DNA of 64,000 nt from Anthoceros angustus (taxonomy: Eukaryota; Plantae; Anthocerotophyta). Shown here piece by piece: positions 47,079 through 61,191 of the stretch. The position numbers were made by a program, and so were the translations under genes. The stretch is from positions 694,369 to 758,368 of the forward strand of contig MU008178.1 in assembly GCA_010909165.1 (NCBI GenBank), written 5' to 3'. The stretch's first letter is position 1, and each line of letters starts with the position of its first letter. The notes below the pieces were generated by a model, which saw only the letters and a program-made list of their open reading frames with translations, ran no database searches and was not told the DNA's origin.

Positions 47079-50011
47079 CTAGCGCCCAAAGAACGAAGAG
47101 TTGGGCCTCCTTACACGAAACGCAGAAGCCGAACGTTCTTCTGCAAGCTGAGATCTTCTTATTCCCCAAAAGGCTTTCGGTTGGCTGCCCTCCTTCACGG
47201 CTCGGAAGTACCAACCCATGTGCAGCTCACAATGAACACAGTGTGCGATAGTCCAGGAATAGCTGCACAGTCCAATGAAAGAAGTTGAACATAACGCCTG
47301 CTATCACCAATTTTCCACGACACATTCTCGTAGCACGATTCAGGGGGAGAAAGAGCCACCCTACCCAGGGAACCAACTATGTGCCGTTTCTGGGCGCCCA
47401 ACGAGCAGCAGCCCCCTTGCTCGTGTGAGGGTTAAGGCTTCAAAGATATAACCATGTTCATTGACAAATGCGCTAACAGGGCCTTCTGCAGACATGACTA
47501 GCATGTCACTCCTCTTCGCAATAACAGCCTGCAGACAACATACATGCTTTGTTAAAGTGTATGCTTAGCATGAACAAAGGCACGAATGTAGGTGGGAACT
47601 CCATCATACTCACACCGCAGCTCTTACAACAAAGGCGCTCCAAAGTCTCTAGTATTTGGATTTCCTTCTTAAGGCGGTAAACAACCCCATTCGTTTCCAG
47701 CAGTTCCTGCTTTGTGGCGTCTTGGACAGGCAAGTTGCTAGCAATGTAGAAGGACACCATTTCTGGGCTCCTGTTGGCATCGCACATCAACGGCTGGTCT
47801 ATCATCTGCCGCCACATATCTGGCAGGGCCATCACCTCAAAGTTAGCATGCACATACAAAATGTTCCACGATGGACCAGCTAGCAAAGATGTCCTCCATA
47901 GAAAAATCTCTCGTGTTGCCTACAGTCGTGAGGAGGATGTCATAATCTCACATTTTAGAAGGAGAAGTTTGCATCCATACCAGTGGCTCGACGAGCAAGA
48001 TCATAGGCATCATACATCCTGTACACCCAATGGGGCCAAGCTGAAAGTTGTGCCCTGCATCTCCACCGTGATTCATCTGCAGCCCATGCTTTGCATGCTC
48101 CTCCCCAACCTTCATATCTGCCACGCTTTCTTTGCTTCACCTCTCTAGCGTCGCAATAGAGATCAGGACTCTCATCTTCTTGTTCATACCTATGTTGTCC
48201 TGGTCCAACTTCCCCCAACCTTCCAGAGTCTATCACCACCCTTAGGAGCCTTCCACCATCATCACTGTCCTCTGCACTTGATTCATCTTCACCATCTGAC
48301 AAGGATTTACTATCTACAGATCGGGTACCTCCTGACCTTGGATCTTCTACGAACATTGTCAAGTGTGAGTCAGCTTCATCCATCTCACCTCTGTCACTAT
48401 CCACATCATCTGACACAGTACTCTGAGCACGTACAACCTTCCCACTTTCATAATTTGGGACACATGCCAGGCGTCCGAAGGCCTCTCTGGGAATATGGAG
48501 CACCTTATCCTCCTCAATGATTCGCACTTCAGCATAAGGCTGTGCCAGACGGAATATGAAGAAATTGATGAGCAACACCATCTACACTATTAAAATCTCA
48601 TTGAGTCGAATTATTCCTGCCCATCAAAGCAACTAGAAGTTGGACAGTAGGTTAGTAACTCACAGTCCCTTCAGCATCTGTCCAGGTTTTGCCGACTGTA
48701 AACCGCTGACGGCCACGAGTTATGACATTCATGGATCCATCACTAAAGGATCTCACTTTGCGAATCTGAGGAGCAACTCAAGTAAGAAAGCAGGAAGCTG
48801 CCATCAAATAGAATGACTCAACTCCATGAAGAAATTATTTCACATGAAAGTGACAAACGAGGCAACTTCTGAACACCTCAGCTGTTGTTCCGACTGATGC
48901 CAAACGCCCTCCCCCATCATGGTTCCGTCCAACATGTACCTGCACAACCCCATCACATACTTTGAGGAGGAACCTACAACCGGAAGAACAAGTCAACTCT
49001 AAAGCTCCTCTCTTCCATCTACTAGATAAGTGGTGAAAGGCTTACAACATTTCAAGTCGAGATACAGCATCAAAAAAATCATTTTTGGAGGACTTTCTCC
49101 CATAGTTTGAGACTTACCACACCTAAAGTAGACGGGGCAATGGTTTGGTGCAAGGCATGGTAGACAGCCGCTTTGAATCGAGGCTGCAGCACCCTTAACG
49201 GCAAGGTGTCTTCAGGGAACAATACAATTCCTAAATATCCCATGTCCCCCGTGTGTCAACCAAGGTGGGCTCCTTATGTGCGCACATGACTAGCAATAAC
49301 AAAAGTAGCAGGTATACCTTCTAGGAAAAACATAGGCAAAATCAGCAAGGCGCCTCCATCGTTATACTGGCGACCACCTCCACCAGTAACGTCGTCAACA
49401 TCTGCAAGAGTTGAAACAGCTTAAGCTGTCCGACTGCCAAAACAAACGAATGGTGCATACGACCCAAAACAGTTCATACCACCAAGATAGGTATGCCTCG
49501 AAACGAGACAGGAGATTTCTGTATGAAAAGTGAGGCGACCCCGTGGTCCAGCTCTGCCGTCACCACGTCCTTCAAGACTGACAACCAAAAAAACGCAGAG
49601 TCAAGGTAAGCTTAAGACGTCAGAAGTTCTGTACATCTGTATCCTTCCACATTTCCTTGAGTCACCAAATCCGACAGCAATTCAATCAGGTTGGGACTTG
49701 GGCAGACAGCCGGATGGCGGGATATGCTGACTACGCAAGAGCTTGTAAACAACAGCAATTGAGATGATAAAAAAACTAAGTCCAGTCGGGATGTAGCACC
49801 TTGAATCATCGCTACGGTCGGCGTCGAGATCCGATCCCACTTCTTCTACTTCCAGCTCCTCAGAGTCCAGCTCCCGCACCCGCTGCATGTGAAGCCGCTC
49901 GGTCTGTGACAACTGAATCCCTGTAGCATCCACCCCTGCCCCACCTCCCCCTGATGGTGCAGCCAATTCGTCCTCGTGCAGAAACCGAGCATCGGCATCG
50001 GCATGCTCCAT
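47079..50011 (-). CDS. CRBN: Cereblon homologue (LON N-terminal domain plus CULT domain), multi-exon
   Basis: HTYLG, LPMFFLEGIVLFPEDTLPLRV and VITRGRQRF (LON-like); acidic insert; CCKSC and CVHC zinc ligands; FVNEHGY, HSWFPGYSWTIA and MGWYF. Not every exon boundary was traced. Confidence 0.92.
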
Positions 50012-52479
50012 GCCAGCACACAGCTTGTCTTTCACGCACAATCAAGCACGTCTCCTTCACCCGCGAAACACATTTCTCCTAGCACGCCAGCCGATTTCCA
50101 CTATCGTTTCAGAAAGGAACCCTGCAAACCTATGTAACTAGGTAGTAGGAACTCACTACTCCATGGCTGGCATCATTCCCACTTTGTTCAAACCCTTGCT
50201 GGATTAAGCCGACTGTGCAAGCAACTATGTAGGTCATATGTACATAGGACTGTTACCGAGACCATACGCTGAGTCCATAATTTGGATAAAGGACCCCGAA
50301 ACCAGCCGCATCCGCTCGTTCGGTGCTCCTCTGCCAAGCAACACGAGTATTTAGAGTTATATTCCTAGGTCATGCAAGGCCTTCCATTCATATGAGGGGT
50401 GCCTAAGGGCCATATAATAAAATTTTAAATTTTTGCATAATGGACGACTTGGTCATCGCATAGCACCTAGTTAGCTGCTCTTAATAGGATTAGCTCTTTG
50501 GAAGCCTAATACTAAGAAGTTTTAATCATGGGATTTGGTGTACTTGGAGCATCACCTTACAAGCACATTGGATCTAAGTAACCCTAATCTGGATAATGAG
50601 GTCAAGCCATAGGCGTGCCATGTGACACATGTCATCACATTCGCGATCCAAAATCAATGTTTTGTGACTGTCATAACAAGAGTTGTTATATGTTTTATTT
50701 ATGTGCACAACTAATATTGCTTCTTGGAGAGATAGGTATTGCAAGAGTTGTAGTGGTCCAGCTACAAGAGGATACACTTCGAGCAAGGGGATGTGAGATC
50801 GAAGGGCATGAGCTCCATAAGGTTCACGAATTGTAGTTGAGGTATGCGCAGGCACTAATCTCATTAGTGTATGCAAGCATCGTAACGTGATTGTTTATTT
50901 TTCAATCACAATGGTAGGAGAGTTTGTCGAGAAGAGGAGCTAGGAAGTATTTGTTGTGCAACCACAAGGAGGAGCAGAATTGTCAGCTTCGTCACCATTA
51001 AGTAGCGCTGTTGGGCTTTTTTTTTTTCCCATGTGAGCTTTGAAGAGCATGGGCAGGAATGATCTTAGTATGTGGACCTTGCAGCAATGTAGTCATACAA
51101 GGTATTACTCACTAGAACTCAAGCATCTAAAAGCACAATAATGCAGAGGACACAGTGTGTGGACAATGTTAGATATCGGCTAGCAGGTTGTTTTCATTTC
51201 ATGGGGTACCTAGTACACCCAATTCCTGTTTGTACAATGTGCCCGGGCATCTAATCACTGCGAGACTCTCTTAAGATTTAATATGGCTTAAGTTGCCACA
51301 ACCTAGGCATACCCTCTTCTGAGTTCCTTCGTGAAGTTCTATTACATCACTTGCTTAAAAATGGATATATAAGAAGACGGTCATTTTGAAGAGTTTAGGT
51401 CTTATTTATGCGTGTATAAACGTATTTTAAAATTTATCAAATTCTGAGGTTTCTTGAAACAAGGTCATTCTCACGACCAACAAGATACAAACGTTTAAAG
51501 TCTTCACATAACATGTTGTAATTTTGGTTTGAGTTTGCTCATCAACCTTCCGCTCGCACCAGTCTGTCCTAAGACTATTTTCGCTCTGAAAATTCTATTG
51601 GACCCTATCTCTTATACATTAGGACGATAATATCTTCGTTGACCTAATGGTCTTGATCCGCGTGCAATGCGAGAATGAGATTGGTAGGGTTTGCACTTGG
51701 AGCTGAGTCCCCAACAAACGTCTCAAGATGCAAAAGGTCCTCACTACTTGTTCAAGGATTTCATCACGAGAAAAAAGATGAGGGCTAAGTCAAGATAAAG
51801 ACATATTTAGATTAGGGAGCAGCACAAAAAGGGTTGAAAATGCCAAAACGAACCCTTTTAAGCAACAAAAAATTAAAAAATATGTAAAAACCAAAAAAAA
51901 TATCCAAACGCAAATATGCTCCAAAAAATGATATTTTTACGTTTTTTATTTTATTTATTTTTTGCTCATTTCTGCTAGGATGAACCACATTGGAGTGCAC
52001 TAGGGGGCATGAACCGCTAGGGGTGTATACCTATAGGGTGTGGCGCCGCGGATTTGAGTACCACATTTCAATTGGAAAACACCCTAAACAACGCCCAAAA
52101 AAAAAGCACATTTTTGCCCCAAAAAAGATGGGATTTTAGTCATAACCCCTTGTTGCCAGAGAAACCCATTTCTACCCAGACGTTGTTCTTCATTTTGCAA
52201 TCTTTGTGGCATAGCTTAGCTTCTAGACTAGTGCTCGTATTCTTTCTACATACTTGGTCACATCCTCATTGTCCTTGTAATGGCACAACAGAATTGGACT
52301 TCTTGTTTTGTTCCGGATTCATCCGCAATGGAACATGAATCCACAATGGAATGGTGTGATACAAAAAATACGGGATAAGTTTGCAAGTCATAGCTGTAGA
52401 TGGACACCTAGTTTAGTTTCGAAACCTGTACCGCCACGCGAAGTGGTTGCTTGTTAAATACCTTGAGCATGAATGAAGA

Positions 52480-52760
52480 TGATAACATATTTAGGTCTCT
52501 TTTGGTCCCTTTGGTCTAGGCAGCTCAACTTCTCCTTGCACTCGCTGATGAAGATTTTGGTCCGGAGCTGTGAGATGAATGTAGTACACAAAACGGACCA
52601 ATCAAGCATGTTTGGGTCCCTAAGGGGCCTTCAAACCAAACTTCTGCCTCATCCTAGAGTGAGGCCAGGAAGTATTTCACCATCTTCTTTTCCCTCCCGA
52701 ACATCCTATTTTTCAGGACACAACGTCAAGTGTTCGTCAGTCGTTGGATAGGGCTTCATA
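52480..52760 (-). mobile_element. Possible Ty3/Gypsy gag remnant
   Basis: The minus frame reads KYFLASL*DEAEVWF..DWSVLCTTF, resembling Retrotrans_gag; degenerate. Confidence 0.4.
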
Positions 52761-53920
52761 GAAGTGAGGAAGGATCGGGTGAGCACCATATCCAAGAACA
52801 AGCTACCCTCTTCGGAGGGCGCATTCTATTTATCTTGTCGATGGCCCCCTCTTGTGGCATGTGAGTCATCATGCTCCAGGGGGTGTCCATGCATTAGTTC
52901 AATTTTCTACCACTAATTATTTGTATTCACTCTGACTACTTACTATACAATTTTTACCGTCTCTCTAATTACCATAGGGTATTATGTTCCATATCCCTCT
53001 TAACAAAACCGGTATTATGTTCCATATCCCTCTTAACAAAACCTCCCCGATTTAGAGCTTTCAAACCTAGAGAAGGCCATGCAATCTTAATGTCAATCTA
53101 AGCACAACAACTTCAAGAGGAAAAAACCAACATAACGACAAGTATTTGTAAGGTCTAAAGGTCACTCCTTCGAGGAATATCCTCCGAAGGTTGTTGGGTG
53201 CATTGTGAATTCCAAATAGGACGACGCATGGAACTATTCTAATCGGTGTTGTGAGTTGCAAGAAAATTCTGACCTTCCTATCAAGCTTCCTACGAATGAA
53301 TGAGGTAAGCTTCGGATTTCTCTTAAGCTTCCACATGGTTGATACTAACGAAGATGTGGTACGTGACCAGCCAAGTGAGAGGGAGATAAATAAGGATGTT
53401 CTGTGCACACAAGCACGACAAAGGTGTTCAGAGCTGGGCCTATCATGCTGCAAGATGGTCCCGCTGTGACTAAACTGCACACGACATTGTTACCTTCCTA
53501 CTCAAATATCACAAGATATCAGTTCTTACGAATAATGGAATTATTCTATTATTCCGAACAATCGTTTTTATGACAGCAAGTGGCAAAGAAAGGACAACAC
53601 TTAGGACGGACTTCTTTTCCACAACCTTGGACGGATAGGGCTCATGTTTCGACAAGCTTGAGATTGCAAACATGAGCTCAAATCCACCAGAAAAAAAAGA
53701 GATTGGAAACATGCCTGTAGTGACAAGCCCATCACTGTATAGCTTAAGCTAAGAGTTTTTTGCACAGTGTAGACAAGCAAATGAGCCGGCATAAACAATG
53801 ATCAGTTGGTGAGTTGCTAGCAAGACAGGCATAACGTATTTTGGTTGACAGTAATGCAATCAGTTAGTTGAAAAGCAACAATGACAAAGCAGCAAAAGGA
53901 GACTCGATGAGCAGCAAACT

Positions 53921-54356
53921 GAAGTGTGCCATTGGAGTCCATGCTCCTGTGCGGGCCTTACTCTCATTTCATCTCATTTCCACTCTTATACTCAGAGTGC
54001 ATGAGTTTCATGGCATAGTTTGAAGTGTGCCATTGTAGCCATGCTCTTGTGCGAGCCTTGCTCTCATTTCATCTTGTTCCCACTCCTGTACCCCGAGTGC
54101 ACGAGTTTCACGGTACAATTTGAAGTGTGCCATTGGAGCCATGCTCTTGTGCGGGCCTTGCCCTCATATCATCTCGCTCCCACTCTTGTATCCTGAGTGC
54201 ACGAGTTTCAAGATACAATTTGCTGAGGACCCTTTACTTTCTATCTCCTGACCTATGAGCACAAGGGCACTCTTCCTAATGTTGACCCTTGAGGACCCTT
54301 TACTTTCCATCTCCTGACCTATGAGCACAAGGGCACTCTTCCTAATGTTGACCCCT
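53921..54356. repeat. ~100 bp tandem repeat x3 followed by a 66 bp tandem duplication
   Basis: gaagtgtgccatt at 53921, 54022 and 54122; tgaggaccctttacttt..ctaatgttgaccct twice at ~54225-54356. Confidence 0.9.
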
Positions 54357-55698
54357 ATATCCTGCTTAACACATTTTTCTAACGCAACTATGCTTTTCCA
54401 CTCAACAAACCCTATGATTGGAGTTTAGTAGCAGTGAGCTACATATGCTAGAAGATGGAATTCATAAAGAATATTTACTATTATGAAGCTCTGAAAAACG
54501 CTTACTGTTTGCTCTGACTCCAGAAAGCGGTAAAGTCTCTAGAAAGTTGTGGGCGTATTTTTGGCACACCTTCCCATCAATTAAAATAATCTGTTTTAGA
54601 ATGGCCTAAACCTTTGTGAAATCGACAAGGCATGCCCTGCCACTCTTTGGCCTTTGTCGCCGAATATCGTAGACTAGGTTCCAGGTGTTCCTTTCCCTTA
54701 CTGCCACCGCCGAGCCGTGGCATCCATGAGGATCAGGCAATTGTACTGCTGCCACAAGGTCGCAGGCGACTCCTTTAGATGCTTGCCGGCTGGCACACCA
54801 ACCACGGACAGCAGCATTAGAAGGAAGCTCAGAAAAGTTCGCCTCCTCAGGCAGCAAGCAGATACCCGGCGTGTGCCCACACCCGGATTTTCGGGGACGT
54901 GTCTTCGAAGGAACTCGCCGCCTACGGTGTGCATGAATGTCCCACATCCGGAAAATACTGGGGACAATACCTCCAGGCTCGGACGCTTACGATTAAAGCC
55001 AGGGATTAGAGCGGTCGCTCTCACCACTTAGCACCACAGACTCCCTGCCAACACGCAACTTTTGAGTTCGCAACGAACCAATCGAAAACCCAGCAACGGA
55101 TGAACTACAGAAAACGAAAAGCTTGCCTCTGGGAGCCACCTGGGGCAGATGTAATTGACCTCGGTTATCCCACATCCTCCCAGCCGGGCATATTCTGTTC
55201 ATCATCTCTCTGTCGAACTTGCAAAGCTTCAGTCACACATTGCTCCACGTACTGACAGAAGAAAAATGGCGGCTAAGACTCTTTACTCGCTAAACATGCA
55301 CAAGTCTTGTAACATTTCCAACATCAGACTACGTAGCTAGCTACAGGATACAAAATCCATTCATGACCTGATGAATTTATGGGCAAAAATAGCCCGAGTT
55401 GAATTGCACATTGAAATATTAGTACGCAACAAATGACCTGTGCATAACCAAACACTGCTGCCAACTAAGGACCAAAAATGTTTTCAACAAGACCTTTCTG
55501 ATGCACGAACTACAGTCTACATTGCCTCTACTCAACTCCTCTACTCCTGACTCTCAACTCTCCACGTCTAATATGTCTACTTTACAACCTGGGACTGCAG
55601 ACCAGGCTCATCCAATGAATTTATCTATGTACAGAGCAATTTAAATCTGCAAAATAAAGAAAGAGAATTGACACCGAGAATTGACACCAAACACGCAT

Positions 55699-57223
55699 CT
55701 AGACGACACTTATGGCACTGGTCAGACCTCCACCAGAGTTCAGACTATTGGCGCTAAGACTTGAGTTCGCGTGGAACGCTGAATGCCTTGACGGTTGCTC
55801 CAGCAGCTTGAGTGTGAGTGGTGATGGCTCAGAAGATGGTTGAGACAGCCCCAGAGTGAGCCTGGCAATCTCCGGGGATTCGTCTGGCTTACTGGGCACA
55901 GGGGGGATGGATGCGGTGGGCCTGACAACTTTGGAACTGGAGCTGACTACAGGCCTCCCATACCCCGGAGGTGCAAGCCCAGGCCACAGAGCATACGAGT
56001 ATGGCACAGCAAGTCCTGCAGCAGCACCAAGTGGAGGATTGGGAGGTGGAACAGCGACAGGTCTCTGCACCACAGGTATAACAGGCTCTAAGCTGAACCC
56101 AAAACTGGTGGACTCCCCACCCTGCTCTGAGCTGCCCAAGGAGATAACCGGGACAGGAACTGGTGCAATGGAGGTCACGGGGTTCAGGGGAGGCACGGAG
56201 AATGCTCTCATATACCCTTGCTGGCCTGCGGTTTCAAAAAAGTGTCCAGTGTTAAATACTGTGCCCTGGCCAAGACTCAGCTGATGTAGGGGGGGAACGA
56301 TGTCTGAGGCCTTGGAGACCACTTCCTCAGCAGTGGGACTGGGGCCCTGCACCATCAATGCTGCACATCAGCACTTGAAATCGAAAGAGGAAGGTGGTAG
56401 CAAGTGGACACGGAGTTGGTTGCAAACAATCCAAAACAGAGAAGCACATACCGTTTCTGAGACTATGTCGAACAAGCTGGAGCGACGTTTTCTCTTATTA
56501 AGATTGGTCTGTCGTATAAAGAACTTCTGAGCATGGCTTGCAACTTGCGTAGGAGTTCTAGATTGAACAAAATTCCTTGAGATCCCTCTCCAGTCTCCTT
56601 TGCCCAGCTTCTGCAGGCCCAAGAGAAACATTCGATGTTCCTCCTCCGTCCACGGAACACCTGAAAGGTAAGACGATGACAACGTCAGACTTCCACCCTG
56701 CAGGATGGATAAGTAAGTGCGGATCTCCGCTGGACCCATCTGAGCAGCAACCCCAGCGACAGCAACCTTGGTGCTGGTGCCAAGGAAAGACCTTGTCACA
56801 AGACATCCATGACAAACAGACATGTCTGCAATCTGCATCCGCAACCTACATACGTATGTGCGTAATCGACTATGAAGACACAAGTGCGGACGTAGAAAGC
56901 TCTTCAGCATAGAAAGTCCTGACAAGAGAAGTCCTGAAATGAGCAATTCCTCGGGTGAAATCGGTACCTTTCTTACGCTCACGGGCATTACTGGAGGTCT
57001 GCACAAGCCCGTCCGACACATATCCATCGTTAGCGGCTCCAGACTCAGAGTGTTCCGGAGTGGAAGGCAGATTGCTGGCAGTCGCGTAGTGACAAAGATT
57101 GCCCATGCTGGCGCTCTTCCTCATGCCGTCCGTCAACCTGACCCCGAAGAGGCGCACCCCACGATCCGGACAAGTCCGCGAATTATGTCCATTGTGGCCG
57201 CAGTGCGAGCACCGCCGGGTCAT
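55699..57223 (-). CDS. MYB-related transcription factor, MYBS3/KUA1/MYBH type, 370 aa, 3 exons
   Basis: Exons 57223-56968, 56660-56452 and 56346-55699 total 1113 nt. [18 protein letters not shown] zinc knuckle, RLFGV repression motif, WTEEEH..SHAQKFF MYB repeat and LTLGL/LTLKL EAR-like motifs. Confidence 0.95.
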
Positions 57224-59298
57224 ATCCCTATCCAGTTCGTCCAGATTTTTGGTCCCCCGGGGTGCCGTTGGTGACGAGTGAAGACTCCCGAAGGAGTCTC
57301 ACTGCTAGCAGCTTGAGCTGAGGGGGAAGTCCTCAATCCACCTCCCGCAAGAACGCCAGACGCCGTTCCCTCAAGAATGCTCCAAATTTGGGCAGCAAAA
57401 CAGCGCAAGGCAGCACAGTGCCGCTGAGCGCGGCAAAGAAGGGCAGCAGCCACCAAGCACGAAGCACAGCCCCGGCCTTGGGAGGCAAAGAAGGAGGCGT
57501 AGCTGCGGCGACCACACAATCAAGGGTCCAACCGAAACAGCAGCAGCAGCAAGGGCAGAGGCAGAGCAGCAGCAAGAGCAAGAGCAAGAGCAAGAGCAGG
57601 GGCCGACGAAGCAGAGTCACAGATCTGCAGGAATCCAAAGGGCTCGCTCCAACATTCGACTGGGGGGGAGCGTCAGATGCAAATCCGGCCGCAATCAACC
57701 CTAGCGAAGGCACATCAATCGAGCCCAGCCCCCCGGCGAGCCTTGCAGCCCCGGCCGCCTTCTCCGCAATTGAGAATCAAGAGACCAAGAAGCGAGATCG
57801 CAGAAGAGTGGCGGCCGCAGGGTAGAAGAGAGCAACGAGGGGCAGCCAAGGAGCAGCCAATTGGCGGGGTAGCCGCACAAAGCTGAGGCAATTGGCGAGC
57901 GAAGGGAGAAAGGAGCCGCTGCCTCCACGCGGGCCGCAGACGATGATGCAAGAAATGGGTGACGAAAATGAAATCGGGAGCGCCAGGGGAACATAAAGGA
58001 CGCAAAGATGGTGTAGAAAGAGAGGAAAGGAAACGGATGGTGTGCACACGACCACCAAATAATAGAGCAGAGCAATGTAGTGCATCACTTTCCTCCAAGA
58101 TTTACTTGCGAGTAACAGCGTTGTACGTGTACGGGGGTAACGTTACCCTGGGAAGCGGAAGAAGGCGGAAGCATGACGATCAGCAAGGTCGCGTATACCA
58201 AATACCTATTCCTACTGGGCGCTGGGCGCTGGGAATGCGGGAATGCGGGAATGAGGGTGCGACGTCGGATGTATGCAAGGCATGTGAGGGAGGCCATGGT
58301 TTGCGTTTTGTTTTGGATGAGATGTCCGATCCCGATGGATTTGTGGGAAGTGGGTGCAGTCGACCACGTGGATCGGGAGACAGACACAACGGTTGACGCG
58401 CCAAGGGCCACGGTGAGCCGATATTTCTGCTGCCCCCATTCATGCAGTGTTGCAGTGTTGCAGTGTTGCAACTGGGGGAGAGGGAGTGGCCCACTGGACT
58501 GCATGTTGCAGTCATGGACTAACCCTTGAGCATGTGCATGACATGGATGTGAGACCGTGGTGCGGCCACACGTCGTCCGCGGGGCGGCATATTTGTAGGA
58601 TTACATGGGCATATTCACCTCATAATGCCACATGGTAGACCCTTCCAACGTCACGTCAAGGGTTTGCGGCACAGCAGATTGCAGGCTCCAGGCTCCGGCC
58701 TCCGGCCTCCAGGCTCCGGACGTGGCTTCATCGTTGGTGCCGCTGTGGGCATTCGCAGCACGTCTTCCGTCGGGCCCCCGTGTGCCGGCTGTCAAACCAA
58801 GCAACTGTCCCAAAAAGGGCAAGCGCCAAAAAGCATAAAAGCTCCATCGGTCGGCTCCTCTTGTCTTGGGATATGCACACTTCCATACAGCCACACAAAT
58901 ATCGATCTCCGATATCACCCGCTGTCCTTGTCCTTCAACCGGCACCGCCACCGCCACCGGCAGCCCCGCCCGCTGGAGCTGGAGCTGGATATTGCGTTTA
59001 CGCCTCTGGATATTATGCTGCTAATTATGATTAATAAATCTAGTGACATCATTTAGGACAATGTGGTCGCTAATTCGCGTCAGTGCTGGAAAGTGGGAAC
59101 CAATAAAAAAGGAAAAGGAGAGAAAAGTAACTTTGGGTTTGGGATCTCAAGGGAGAATAATAATTTCCTCTATCACCGCTAACATATATCTTAGAATCTT
59201 TAATTGCGTCATTTCATATCTGAATTTGAGAATGGCAGTTTATAATTATGAATTTATTATGTACCAACTTGTTAGTTGGAGGTAGGAGTGTTGCCACG

Positions 59299-59345
59299 TC
59301 TTCTTCTTCTTCTTCTTCTTTTTCTTCTTCTTCTTCTTCTTCTTC
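59299..59345. repeat. (TTC)n microsatellite
   Basis: Read directly from the sequence; one interruption. Confidence 0.95.
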
Positions 59346-61191
59346 GTCCGACCGCTTACACTACAAGTATCCACCCATACCTACTTGAAATTGGAAGCAG
59401 TCATGTCAAGTGGTAGAGGAAGGAGGAGGGTCACATAACATCTTCTTTTATTTCATCTCATCACCATGTCCATTTCAGGGAGAAGGAATGACTTGGTCAA
59501 GGATCTTGATCACAAAGAAGAAAAAGACAAAAGCTATGAGTCATAAGTGAGCAGATCATGTGGTACTATTGTTTCGATAAGGATAATAGAAAGACCACCT
59601 ATCCAAAAGAAAAGCATGGCATGGCATAGCTTACAAAACTAAAAGTGGTGGTGAGGCTGAGTGCCAAATCAACGGTCAAAATATCAAAAGTGGGTCAAAA
59701 TATGGTTTGGTTCTGTTGGTCATGGTCCTATCACTCGGTGTTCGGTGTTCGGTGTTCGTCTCCTCGGGGTCCGGCCCACATATCATGGGAGGATGCAAAA
59801 AGGAGGGGATGTGTGTTTGAGATGAAGCATCGGCTGATGTCACAGCGATTCTCGTTACTTCACATTCACATTCCAAACCCGACCCAAGGAGGGGAAAGGA
59901 GGGGAGGGGAGGGGAAGGGACGGGAGGAGAGGGGGGGGAGAGAAGAAGAAGGAACCAAGGAAGAGGATTCTGTGAGATCCCTTTGGAATCGTGCAACGGA
60001 AATGGGGATTAGGAAAGGGGGAAAATGGGAAACCGGAGGCATTGAAGAATGTGTGAAACGGAACCGATTCGCTGGGCTGGCCAATCAGTCGTTTCGAGGG
60101 AGGTTCCCAAGCAAGAGCGGCTGATTGGCTCCCTGGCCTACCTACCTTGACCACTTTTGTGGTATGTGTGTACAGTACCGCAAACTGCATCCTGCAGCCT
60201 GTAACCTGCAACCTGCAACCTGCATCCTGCATCCTGCATCCTGCATGTCATGCGGTGCATAAATGCAGGTGCAATGTTATCCGTCCATTTGCCCAGGCCC
60301 CTCGGGGCCCAGCCTGGAGGCATCAGGCAGAGGCGGTAGACAGAGGAGAGAGACGCACATAGAGGCCCCCCATTGGTGCACTACTCCACATCATTTGACC
60401 AGGCGCCGACACGACGCACCAGGCACCAGGCACCAGGCATCAGGCTTCCCTGGCGCCTGGAGCCAACCGCGAGGCAGGCCCAGGCCCAGGCCCAGGCCCA
60501 GGCCCGCCACTTTCGCCTCCGCTTTCGCGCCGCGAATGACTCATATCACTCAGATACAAATATACAATATTTGCAACTATGTATATTCGAGTGTACATAC
60601 GTAGGGTTAGGTCAAAACAGCGGCCTGCCGCCGCGGCCCCGTCCGTCCCAGCTCCAGTCCAAATTATCCTCGGACACTGGCACTAGGATATTTGGCAACA
60701 ACGAGTGGCTGTAGCTGCTCTGCGATTCCCAACCACCCCTACTCTATATTCCTCGATTCCCTGATTCCTGCCTTCTTGGATATGGCCCGGCCCGCGCTAT
60801 GCATAAGTAAACCATTACAAGCCCGGCCCGCGGAACCGTACGCCGCGGTTTACCGTGTACGGCACGCTCCTTTACTGCGGCCGCGGGCGTGAGTGGCGGC
60901 CACCGCGGCGATCAGGAACGGATAATGTCGGGATAATTTCACCACTTCTTCAAACCTAATCCGCTACAGCGCTACCTACTCTCCTGTACAGACCTCATCC
61001 CCACAAATCTCCCCTCTCTCACGTGGGCCCAGCCGCCCAGCCGCCCAGCCGCACAGCCCTGTATCGAAAACAACTGCTCTCATCACGCACCACGTCTTCT
61101 TGAAGCCGGCCGAGCCTCCCGTCCCTTCCTACTTTTAGCCTTTTACACCGACGATGGCTGGCTGCATTTCCCGGGACGTGACCCACGCCCC

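Noticed and set aside
45381-50011. Functional link between the MAT2B-like gene (SAM supply) and cereblon (imide degrons)
   Set aside because: The plant RmlD-like protein has no demonstrated MAT-regulatory role, and adjacency alone is not evidence.
54939-55177. Two RTCCCACATCC motifs (10/11 to the angiosperm snRNA USE)
   Set aside because: There is no correctly spaced TATA and no recognisable RNA downstream, and the real U1 here uses a different USE-like sequence. An Infernal scan would settle it.
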